A stretch of 16,708 nt of DNA from Azolla caroliniana (lineage: Eukaryota; Plantae; Polypodiophyta): the NCBI GenBank assembly GCA_043228905.1, contig JBHGNT010000727.1, positions 1 through 16,708 of the forward strand. The letters run 5' to 3'. Positions 8,801 through 16,708 of the stretch are shown piece after piece. Both the position numbers and the translations under genes were made by a program. Below the pieces are notes generated by a model that saw nothing but the letters and a program-made list of their open reading frames with translations, had not been told where the DNA came from and searched no databases. The number at the start of each line of letters is the position of its first letter. The first letter of the stretch is position 1.

Positions 8801-11800
8801 CCGACCAGCACATAACAAAGGGGTTACCATAGATCAGACAATAGCAATTTCTTGTGTACTTAGGCCCCGGCCCCATGTACCACGACCTCAGCACCCTTTT
8901 CATCTGTGATAGTAGATTGGTAGATTCGTACAATAACATATTTAGCTTACGCAAGATAAATAATAGTTCTTACATTCAATTAACTTCATGATAAAGTAGG
9001 TCACACCAAGGCTCAACAAAACCTTCAGCATCTCCATGTTAAAATTCTCTGAGAATGCAATGATCGTCAAACCCTGCAGATGATTGTAACTCTTTAACTA
9101 TATATTTTCCAACAATAACCATAACCGAAACGTTTTCATAGCATGAATTACAACACTTACTTGTAACATTAACACTAACAAAATCCACACACGAAGGAAA
9201 CTGTGATACAAATGAAAAAATGTCCTGTGCTCAACAAAAGATGTTTTCCCCAATCCAGGCTTTCTAGCTACCTGAAAAATATAACTGTAGTTATGATTAG
9301 GCATTCCAAACCACTATGGCTCCAACATGAATAAATAAGATAAAGATGCATCTACATATAGCATGGAATGTCCAAACAAATTTGCAAACTACACTACTAA
9401 TATATCAGGGCTTTTTCAAAGTTCACCGCCACTCACAAAAATCCTTCACCCAGGTGCAACAGTAGAAAGCACATTTTCTCTTCCATATGAAAATCAGATA
9501 TGGAGAGTGTGTTCAAGTGATGTATGATGTGCCTACAAAATGTTTTAGCATTTAGCAATAGGAGTGATGACATTCATGTTTTCCTTGGGCAATCTTTACA
9601 TTCTTTATATGTCAAAAAGAAATGGAGAAGCGTGTACATGTCCTCTTCTTTATTTGTTTTCTACTCTGAAGAAAGATGCGATGACCTAATGGTCTTTTTT
9701 TTGTGAAAGTGAGTCTTTAACATAATCTGATTACATCTTAATATCATTAGAAGTCAAGAGTCAAGGTGAAATAAGTATGCTCGTACCTGTAGTAAAACTT
9801 AAAATTGAAAATTATTAATTGGGCAAAAACTGGTTATGGATAAAGATGTAATCACCCCGCGAAGTTTGCTCAGGCCGTTTTTAGGTGCCACTTCTTTTAC
9901 TGGTTTAGAAAGAAATGGACTCTCTGTCATTGATGAAAAAGGCCACTTAAGCTCATTGAAACATGATGGTGACCTGCAAAAACACATCATTTCCTGCATG
10001 TTCATGACTTGAACTTGACAAATTCTAAATGGTAACATGGTTGCGTAAGCCATCCTTTGAACAAACCAGAAAAATTCATTGAAATCATCATAATTTCTCC
10101 ATTTCGAATGACCAGCTTTTCCTCCTCCATTTCTTGACGTTTCCTGAAATAATAATTCACCTTGATATAGAAAAGTTTCCCAAGATGTGTAACATTCAAT
10201 TATTTAAATAAATTTATCTATGTCTATTGACTCTTGGTGTAGGCTGCAGTATGCAGCACAGAAAATTCACTAACTACTATTAAGTAACTGCCAACCAAAG
10301 AAACCTCACCTTCATGCTGATAAACAAAAGATTCCCAAACACAAAAATCATTACGCAATGAAGACTCAAAACTATCAAATTTAGATTCTTCATGACATAA
10401 TTAGGAAGATTTGTATTTCAAAATCATTATATGTATATTTTCTGACAAGGACTCCTAGGCATGTAGGTATTATGAGTTCCTCTATGTCATTGTCATTGCA
10501 GAGAATAGTGTAAGGCACCCTTTCATGGCATGTATAAGAAGCATTGAGTCCTACGTGATGAAATAGTTTGAATAAAAAGGAAATATAGTTACATTATGTA
10601 ATTTATTAGCAATGGCTTACAAGCCTTTATGCACTAGAACATCTTTATTTCAGTTCTAATGGCACTATGATAACTCTGATGCTGCATTAAGAATCATAAA
10701 AGGACCAAATGTATAAAAGTACGTCTCTGAAAGACCATAGTCACATATGCTACCTAACAAACATTATCAAAACTTATTTTAAGAGAACAAAATGAAACCA
10801 CCATATGGATACCAAAACTAAGCGCATCATATCCCCAGGAGGCTAGCTCAATAAATGCGAGATTAACACTTCATCGTTCACATTCTAGACAGTAAATATT
10901 TCTTTCATATTGTATTATCATTTCCCAAAACAAAGAAAGAAGATAAATTCATTGGTCTCAAAAAGACCACAATGATCTATGAAACACTGCTAGTGATTAC
11001 AGCTGTTTATGTTGACTCATTAACAAGTAACAAAAGTAAAGGTAGGTTAAAAAGGGAGCCAACAAACCAAGTTTCTATCATATCTACCTTCCCATGCCAA
11101 AACTATTGTCGACAAAGACAAAAATGGAAAACTAAAGTAAAATGGTCCTCTAAAAACATTTAAAATCCAGTCAACAAAAAAATTTGGGAACTAATATAAT
11201 TCTGGTGAAAACATAAAGTAATCTTAAGATAGAGAAATAATCTCCAAAACAATTAAGAAATACAAAATATTTGGGAACTAATATAATTCTGGTGAAAACA
11301 TAAAGTACTCTTAAGATAGAGAAATAATCTCCAAAACAATTAAGAAATACAAAATATTTGGGAACTAATATAATTCTGGTGAAAACATAAAGTACTCTTA
11401 AGATAGAGAAATAATCTCCAAAACAATTAAGAAATACAAAATAAAGCAACTGAATTGGATTACCAATGGCTAACTACGAAGATTTTGGCTTGAAATAACA
11501 TTAAAGGTTAAAAGAATGCAGGGAGCATATACACCATGTATGCTAATCATAGATATAAAACTCTAGATCTTCAGTTGATTTTCCAACTTGGGCTTGGGAA
11601 TGCCTCAGATTTTGCAAGGTCACAATAATGTTCGAGATACACTCACTGAAAATTCAATTTCCAAAAAGAAACCATTGGCACACACCAGAAGGATAGGATA
11701 CAACTGTATACTTCCTTCTCAGAAACATGAATCCATACTATATACCTCTTTTAAGGCATTGTAAATCGGTGTTATGACTGTTTCCAGGAAGGACTGTTTC

Positions 11801-14660
11801 TCTTTCACCCGATATTGTTTATTCTGCTCAATTTTATCATGGGCCAACATTCCATTTAGTTCATTTGCCATCTGCATGCATGAACCAATGCCAGAAAGAA
11901 CGAAATAAGCAAGTCAAAAGCTATATAATCTAACCTCCAATTACCATAGCACATATGACACATAATGGAGTTGAGAAACTACACATGTGCTTATATAGAC
12001 CTAATGTCATCAGCATTCAAAAATTAAATTCAACCAGACTGCCTCTAGATTCATTTAAAAAAACTGCTAAAGATAAAATTTTGCCAAAAACTCACATGAT
12101 GATAAATGAAGCAAATACCCTCTGGGAGAAATCGAACATTTGCTGCTTCACCCCATATGCACAAATATAGAGCTACTAGAGCCACCCTCTCTTTTTTGGT
12201 TGCTACCCTGGAATGAAATTGATGAGAGATCTCATAAAAAATCCGCGGAGCTTGAGTCCTAAAAAGTACCGAATATCAGCAATACCGTCCATAAACAGAA
12301 GACTTTCTGATGTAGCGACACCATTTCTCATAATTATCAAGGATCTTACTGCAGAGCTTCTTGATCACATCTTCATCTAACTCCTTATTATCATCAAAGA
12401 AGTACTTTAACCAAAGGCCACACGCCAACACTTGTGTTATCAATATGTTCTCAATACCTGATCTAAACCTCTGGGAACATTTGAATCATTCCGTTGAGAT
12501 TGTGCATTTGCTAATAAAAGAACAAAATGCTCTCGCTGATTTCTGACATTGTCATTCTGCAAAGAGTTACCAGAAACTGGATTTAACACAGAGCACACAA
12601 ATTATCGATTGCATCACAAAAGTTTGCAACTCTTACATACTTGGAATCCAAAAGCATAGTGAAGTGCATCAAATATATCAGGCTTCCGATGTTGAGGCAC
12701 ATCAAAATTATCACCGAATCGCAAACCGTCACATTGAATTGCTAACCGTGCAGCTTTTATCTGGCAAATTATTTCATAAAAGAAACCCAATGAAATTTAT
12801 CTAAATTTAGCTTGTTGTAGACGTCAAAATTCATTGTAGACTCTTATACCTCTGGTAAATTAAGAATTTGATCGGAAACACCAGGTGCTTCTAGAGGCAA
12901 GATATTATATGGCTGGAATGCCTCAGAAGTCTTCGCATCTAATTCCATTTCCTTCTTAAACTGAGAGAAATTGATGAGAATAAGCCACTCATAATTATGG
13001 GAATTGATTTATATGGTAACAACAACAACTAGCTCTATACCAAAGAAACTAGATCACAGGCAAAAGATTGATACTATCAACTGGAAAGGAATATTTGTCA
13101 TTCTCAAAAAAGTACATCGCTCACATTTTTCTAGCCTGCCAAACCCTACATGAACAGGCCAAAATTATGAAATTTGGTTGCACACACACATGTGCATGTA
13201 AATCAGTGCCATTTTACACTGGAAAATCAAAATCAGCTAAGTTTCTTCAGTTGCAAGTAGCATGAACCAGTGCAATAAACAGCATATACTATTGAGTGCA
13301 ACTCAATCACTAAAACTGAGGTGTGCAGCATTAACCAATTCATATGGTGAATCAAGACAACATTTAACCAACTTGAAAATTAAATCTAATTTGGTCCATA
13401 CTACTGTTATCAAGCAGCTACCACTATAAGGTTGCCAGACTAATGCTTCTCTTTGAATTCAGCTAAATCTAATAATGAAAAACAAAAGACTGCCCCAGAA
13501 ACAAAGAATTTCACCAGACATGAAAGAAAGAAAGATATTTCAACGTCTTTTAAGAGAGAGCACCTTACACTAAAAAGAGAAACTCTTATTTTAAGCATTA
13601 CCAATCTGACTGGGCAAATTAGATATCACTAAATACATGCTACATAGAGGGCATTCCTTCCATTGAGTTGGCCAACAGGGTTTCACTATATTAAAACAGG
13701 CTATGTGGAATTGAAATTAGAGAGAAGTGGGTGACCCTAATGCACTGCCAGCTGTCTCAGTATCATAGTTGTCTAGAGAGTAAGAGCCTTTGTGCATGAC
13801 TTCAAGTCACTAGATTAAAAAAAGACTTATGAAATAAATTTATTAATCTGGGTAGATGTAGAGAACAAAATACTTCATTATAAACTCTGCCTAAAGTTCT
13901 CTTCTGCCTGAAGAAACAGCCATATATCACAGACATGATCAGAATATGGAACAGGTTGAAAACAAACCTCTGGAGTGAGCTGTGTGGGGTATGTTGATGC
14001 AAGAGCATTTATAACATCCCTTAAAACCCGTAAAGTAGTAAAAAATTTTCGTCTTTGTGATCTATTCTCCAATCTGCAAAAATGCAAAAAATGATAATCT
14101 ACCTGTCATCCAGAAAATTATAAAAATACTCATTGTCAGAATATGTTTGCCAGATATCAAGATATCTGTCTCTTCCTTGACACAAAGATACAACCAAACC
14201 ATGGTCTGAACACCCTCTGTGTTCAGACCACCAATAACAAGCTCTTTATACACCAGTCCTGTCTCCCCATCATCCCAGGATAGATTCAACATTGACCTGT
14301 AATTTGACTTCCTTCCAGAACCCAATTCATAAATTGAGAGCATGATGTATGGTATAAGATAAGTAGCATACCCAGATTCAGCTAGCTGGTCCTTCTGAAT
14401 TCTGTAAAAGTTTTGTAAAGTTATGATATCTTGCTCGCGATAAAAATCGGTACCATCTTTCTTGGCTAGCTTTTGCTGCAGGAAGGAAAACATATGGCAT
14501 TTTTGTTGTAATATTAAACTGTGAAATACATAAATAAAGCTCGCTTACAACAAAAAGAATACCTTTATCACCGACATCAATCCTGTCTTAAACTGCAGAA
14601 CACCCCTCCCCTGACTTTTGGGATCCAAGCTCTGAGAGAGAGAATAAGCATGCTCACAAA
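2815..14660 (-). CDS. CalS: Callose synthase (1,3-beta-glucan synthase, GT48), CalS9/CalS10 (GSL10/GSL8)-like. 18 internal exons covering the N-terminal region, FKS1_dom1 and first TM helices; partial at both ends
   Basis: Manually spliced exons: 14563-14660, 14372-14475, 13968-14073, 12850-12960, 12641-12760, 12458-12556, 12286-12383, 12096-12207, 11746-11871, 10067-10143, 9856-9973, 9161-9271, 8974-9073, 6008-6131, 5295-5466, 5146-5198, 3066-3126, 2815-2899. All are GT-AG, phases match, and the frame is open over 1875 nt. Family motifs seen: LDPKSQGRGVLQFKTGL, YNILPL, FGFQNDNVRNQREH, IWGEAANVRFLPE, HSKWRNYDDFNEFFWS, GKTSFVEHRTF, ERYFVGRGLYE, KFTFSYFLQIKPLV, YKWHD. Confidence 0.95.
3066..3126 (-). 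CDS. CalS: Callose synthase exon: YVLFWVLVLVSKFTFSYFLQ
   Basis: aacAG acceptor, CAG|GTTGGT donor; YxxFWxxxxxxKFxFxYFLQ motif. Confidence 0.93.
4666..5116. mobile_element. Non-autonomous TIR DNA transposon (MITE), hAT- or Mutator-like
   Basis: TIR ACAATCGGCAA(G/T)GGTTTGGTT at both ends (21 bp, 1 mismatch). Flanking direct repeat AGTTTCAAGT at 4656-4665 and 5117-5126. Subterminal AACCG/CGGTT arrays around an AT-rich core; no coding capacity. Confidence 0.9.
5146..5198 (-). CDS. CalS: Callose synthase exon: ERYFVGRGLYERPSDYI(R)
   Basis: ttcccAG acceptor, AG|GTTGTT donor; ERxxVGRGxYE motif. Confidence 0.93.
5295..5466 (-). CDS. CalS: Callose synthase exon: KMMLGENAFFHIYLLVLGVYAAVQLFVSLILHIPLLREWSEGSDRFRVMEALKWLFQ
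   Basis: ttttAG acceptor, CAG|GTATGT donor; overlaps ORF 5256..5462. Confidence 0.9.
6008..6131 (-). CDS. CalS: Callose synthase exon: VLDVILMVGAYRSSRKNAMNRIFVQLIFFGGCTGGSFYLY(L)
   Basis: gttcAG acceptor matching phase 1, TT|GTAAGT donor; SVLDVxxMxGAY motif. Confidence 0.9.
6457..7058 (+). mobile_element. 5'-truncated copy of the same LINE family: ORF end (stop at 6850), 3' UTR, stem-loop and (TTTC)n tail
   Basis: Colinear with 8612-8904; ends ...AGGCCATTTTGGCCTCTTAAAAGACGTTAATATATC(TTTC)n. Confidence 0.8.
7072..7128 (+). mobile_element. Second short copy of the LINE 3' terminus with (TTTC)n tail
   Basis: GCCATTTTGGCCTCTTCAAAGATGTTAATAT(TTC/TTTC)n, a few mismatches from 7005-7050. Confidence 0.75.
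7759..8228. repeat. Nested direct-repeat structure A-B-B'-A' (A 7761-7857, A' 8143-8226, B 7934-7997, B' 8045-8109)
   Basis: A and A' share a 33-bp perfect match CCAATGTGGAATGAACCTCACAACTGAGAATGT plus CATAACCTCATAATG...CTGGTCATCTCTCTCCT; B and B' share TAGCCATGTCACT...ATCATCTCAT. Confidence 0.8.
8241..8904 (+). mobile_element. Non-LTR retrotransposon (LINE) ORF2 C-terminal fragment with zinc finger, RTE/RTE-X-like; lacks the 3' end
   Basis: Translates QL*TSSHPLEIEVGRYT/IPIDERICQLCHQGVESEEHYVCHCRVFYEIR (CX2C...H...C zinc finger) with one stop and one frameshift. 8612-8904 aligns to 6457-6733. Confidence 0.8.
8974..9073 (-). CDS. CalS: Callose synthase exon: GLTIIAFSENFNMEMLKVLLSLGVTYFIMKLIE(S)
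   Basis: ctgcAG acceptor, T|GTAAGA donor; hydrophobic TM segment. Confidence 0.9.
9161..9271 (-). CDS. CalS: Callose synthase exon: VARKPGLGKTSFVEHRTFFHLYHSFLRVWILLVLMLQ
   Basis: ttttcAG acceptor, CAA|GTAAGT donor; GKTSFVEHRTFxHLYHSFxR is the GSL8/GSL10-type version of this motif. Confidence 0.95.
9856..9973 (-). CDS. CalS: Callose synthase exon: SPSCFNELKWPFSSMTESPFLSKPVKEVAPKNGLSKLRG
   Basis: tttgcAG acceptor in the correct phase; SxxCFxLxWP motif. Donor GGG|GTGATT was chosen among several phase-0 GTs, so the 3' boundary is uncertain. Confidence 0.8.
10067..10143 (-). CDS. CalS: Callose synthase exon: ETSRNGGGKAGHSKWRNYDDFNEFF(W)
   Basis: tttcAG acceptor, TG|GTTTGT donor; HSxWRNYDDxNExFW motif. 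Confidence 0.95.
11183..11443. repeat. Tandem repeat, 3 x 87 bp, intronic
   Basis: Units start at 11183, 11270 and 11357. Units 2 and 3 look identical; unit 1 differs at one base (GTAATC vs GTACTC). Confidence 0.97.
11746..11871 (-). CDS. CalS: Callose synthase exon: MANELNGMLAHDKIEQNKQYRVKEKQSFLETVITPIYNALKE
   Basis: tgcAG acceptor, GAG|GTATAT donor; SFLxxVITPIY motif. Confidence 0.93.
12096..12207 (-). CDS. CalS: Callose synthase exon: VATKKERVALVALYLCIWGEAANVRFLPEGICFIYHH
   Basis: ttccAG acceptor, CAT|GTGAGT donor; FKS1_dom1 signature LYxxIWGEAANxRF. Confidence 0.95.
12286..12383 (-). CDS. CalS: Callose synthase exon: ELDEDVIKKLCSKILDNYEKWCRYIRKSSVYG(R)
   Basis: NYxxWCxY motif; CG|GTATTG donor. 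The acceptor is a weak AAG and its position is uncertain (exon start 12383 vs 12404). Confidence 0.82.
12458..12556 (-). CDS. CalS: Callose synthase exon: NDNVRNQREHFVLLLANAQSQRNDSNVPRGLDQ
   Basis: ttgcAG acceptor; DNVxNQREHxxLLLAN motif; donor CAG|GTATTG (an alternative donor about 11 nt earlier is possible). Confidence 0.88.
12641..12760 (-). CDS. CalS: Callose synthase exon: IKAARLAIQCDGLRFGDNFDVPQHRKPDIFDALHYAFGFQ
   Basis: gccAG acceptor, CAA|GTATGT donor; DxFDxLxxxFGFQ motif. Confidence 0.92.
12850..12960 (-). CDS. CalS: Callose synthase exon: FKKEMELDAKTSEAFQPYNILPLEAPGVSDQILNLPE
   Basis: tctctcAG acceptor, GAG|GTATAA donor; YNILPL motif. Confidence 0.92.
13522..13556 (-). mobile_element. 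Short remnant of the LINE 3' terminus
   Basis: Reverse complement reads CTCTTAAAAGACGTTGAAATATCTTTCTTTCTTTC; no TSD seen. Confidence 0.65.
13968..14073 (-). CDS. CalS: Callose synthase exon: LENRSQRRKFFTTLRVLRDVINALASTYPTQLTPE
   Basis: tttgcAG acceptor whose phase matches the previous exon; GAG|GTTTGT donor. Confidence 0.87.
14372..14475 (-). CDS. CalS: Callose synthase exon: QKLAKKDGTDFYREQDIITLQNFYRIQKDQLAES(G)
   Basis: tgcAG acceptor, GG|GTATGC donor (phase 2); lies within ORF 14062..14493. Confidence 0.88.
14563..14660 (-). CDS. CalS: Callose synthase exon: CEHAYSLSQSLDPKSQGRGVLQFKTGLMSVIK
   Basis: ttgcAG acceptor, AAG|GTATTC donor; conserved LDPxSxGRGVxQFKT motif. Confidence 0.93.
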
Positions 14661-15383
14661 CTGCAAGGAAAATCAGAAAATTCATTCATCATCCTTCTTA
14701 GCAGGAAATAAAGGAACTGTTAAAGAATTTGGCCCAACAACATTGGATATTAAAGCCAATGAGTTTGTGTTTTTCCAGAAACAGCACATATTCAGCTTGT
14801 ACTAGTCATTCTCAATTGACTAGATCAGGAAACTCTCATAGAATATGTGCTTGGTTTATTAACATATCTTCCCGGATGAGGTTGTGAATTGGTGTCAAAT
14901 TCACCCAATGTTATCACAGTTTTACAGACAGAAGATAAGGAGGAATATAAACAGGCATTTTACCTCCAGTTTATATCAGTACTGAGTCACATATTGTTTG
15001 TCTATAATCACAAGAATTTCTGAATTGATCTGTTTGATTTCCAATTTACTAACAATGGTTCCATTGGGCATCTATATTCCCTCATATCAGATAACATGAC
15101 ATAATCTAAATATCTCCCCTGCTAGTTCACACAAGGCATACATGATCAAGATACATATTTTCTTTTGCTTATCAGAGAACAGAAAGTACATTGTACACAC
15201 ACCACATGTGTACATCTTAAGTGTGCATCTTTACAAGAGATGATAATGCATCATTCATCACCAATTTTGATTTTACAAAGGAGCAAATTTCCTTTAACTC
15301 AGTAAACTCCATAACAGGTAAAAACTATATTTTGAATTTCTCAAAGGTACAACAGAAAAGGAAAGGCGAATGTTAAATACAGA

Positions 15384-15416
15384 AAGAAAGATATATTAAC
15401 GTCTTTTAAGAGGCCA
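15384..15416 (-). mobile_element. 33-bp insertion of the LINE 3' terminus flanked by direct repeat AAATACAGA
   Basis: Reverse complement matches 7012-7044; direct repeat at 15375-15383 and 15417-15425. Confidence 0.8.
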
Positions 15417-16385
15417 AAATACAGAGAAAAAGAAAGATCAAAAACTGAGAGAAAGGAAAAGTGCTTAATGATAAAAGACGATGCATCATTCACCAAGCAG
15501 CTTTGATTACAATGCTGCAAAGATAAAACAAATTCATCGAGTACATACACTGTTGAAATGTTCGAAATGACAAATCAAAACATAAAAGACAAATGTTACA
15601 AACAAAAATGTGAGAAATGAAAGGAGTTATGAGTGAATGTTGAAGACTTTATCAACTCTATATCAAATAGAATAATGTTTGAATTGTAGACAATAGCAAC
15701 AGAAACGGAAAATACCAATGTCAGAAATTTTCATAAACTGCATATCAAGATAATTGCACACTTTGGACACATGGCAATGCATGCTAACATCCAGCAGGTA
15801 GAGAGCTCGTAAAGGCATAAAAGAAGGGAGACAGCTCATTGTCAAAGCAGCAAATTTTATATGACTAAATCCCTAAACTTTGTTCAGGAGGTATTGACAA
15901 GGTAACAAATCACAAGGGCACATTGGAAGCTTACAACAACCAACATAGTGAGGCCATTGACCGTAGACTTGCCAAGCCAAATCAAGCATACAACCACCCC
16001 CCCAGTTTCTCTTTTATGTTACTTTTTTTCTCCATTATGTACGCAAGGAATCAATGTGTAATTTTGCTTAGATTGATCTGCATTGGCTTGCAATCACAGG
16101 AATTATGACCACCTTTTTTATCTACCTTCAGTCTTATATCAAGTTCCGTGTAGATGATAGAGCATTCACCGAAATCCAAAACTTGTGTTTAAGGGTGTGA
16201 TGTTTCATGAATTTTCATGCATCGAACTTCAAGTCTATCTGAAAGAACAAGTTCATTGGCTAATCCTACAGGTGGGTCAACATGTTTGCCATCATGCTGT
16301 AACTTTGCAAAAATCTCGTTGTTGCAGGGTTAATGGTTTCCTCCTCCCCGACAATGATTCTTGATTTTCAAAGAAATCAAAAATC

Positions 16386-16708
16386 ATCCAAGTTTCCGGA
16401 AAGAGACTACTCCTCTAAAATCAACACTTCATGGAAGTTTCATAAAGAGGCAACTTCTAACATCAACAAATCATGGATTCAATGATCCGTGCTTTTTGGT
16501 GATTCGTACCTCCACGAATTGCAGGTTCAATAATCCATCCTCTTCGACAAATCATACTCCAATGAATCGTGAGTTTGATGATCCAAGTTTTCAAAAAGAG
16601 AAAACTCCTCTAAATCAGCAAGTCATGGAAGTTTCATAACGAGGCAACACCTGACTCCAACAATTCACGAGTGAGGAGTTGCAAGTTCAACGATCTGTGC
16701 TCTTCGAC
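16386..16708. repeat. Diverged ~195-bp-period repeat running to the window edge, probably part of another repetitive element
   Basis: ATCCAAGTTT...ACTCCTCTAAA...CATGGAAGTTTCATAA.GAGGCAAC at 16386 and 16581; TTGCA.GTTCAA...CTCTTCGAC at ~16519 and ~16679. Confidence 0.75.

Noticed and set aside
11183-11443. CRISPR-like array or a repeat-encoded membrane peptide (ORF 11171..11449)
   Set aside because: The units are contiguous with no unique spacers and the context is a eukaryotic intron. The ORF is a by-product of the 87-bp period.
5368-14805. Plus-strand ORFs 5368..5619, 6021..6218, 11955..12170, 12361..12546 and 14521..14805
   Set aside because: They are antisense to CalS exons and have no independent motifs.
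16200-16300. Minus-strand GLANELV as candidate CalS exon 1
   Set aside because: It lacks the expected VPSSL/I..IL..A.EI...P.VARI context and a phase-1 donor.

Overview
This is AT-rich eukaryotic (land-plant) genomic DNA, not prokaryotic. The minus strand carries 18 consecutive coding exons (14660 to 2815; 1875 nt spliced, about 624 codons) of a callose synthase (1,3-beta-glucan synthase) resembling the CalS9/CalS10 (GSL10/GSL8) type. All introns are GT-AG, the phases are compatible and there are no stops. Exon 1 and the 3' half of the gene lie outside the window. The introns are filled with mobile DNA. A decayed Ty1/copia element (5' LTR 1941-2149, tRNA-iMet PBS, gag-protease-integrase) runs off the left edge. 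A TIR MITE with a target-site duplication sits at 4666-5116. Two fragments of one non-LTR (RTE/RTE-X-like) LINE family are present, plus several tiny copies of its 3' stem-loop + (TTTC)n tail. There is also a possible TRIM-like relic, a near-perfect 3x87-bp tandem repeat and a diverged ~195-bp repeat at the right edge. The most interesting signal is the LINE ORF2 C-terminal extension, which keeps its frame between the two copies and contains a canonical PCNA-binding PIP-box motif (QxxIxxFF). Also notable are a 33-bp retro-insertion with its own TSD and a repeat/hairpin architecture around the copia PBS. Family assignments rest on recalled motifs; no database searches were run.
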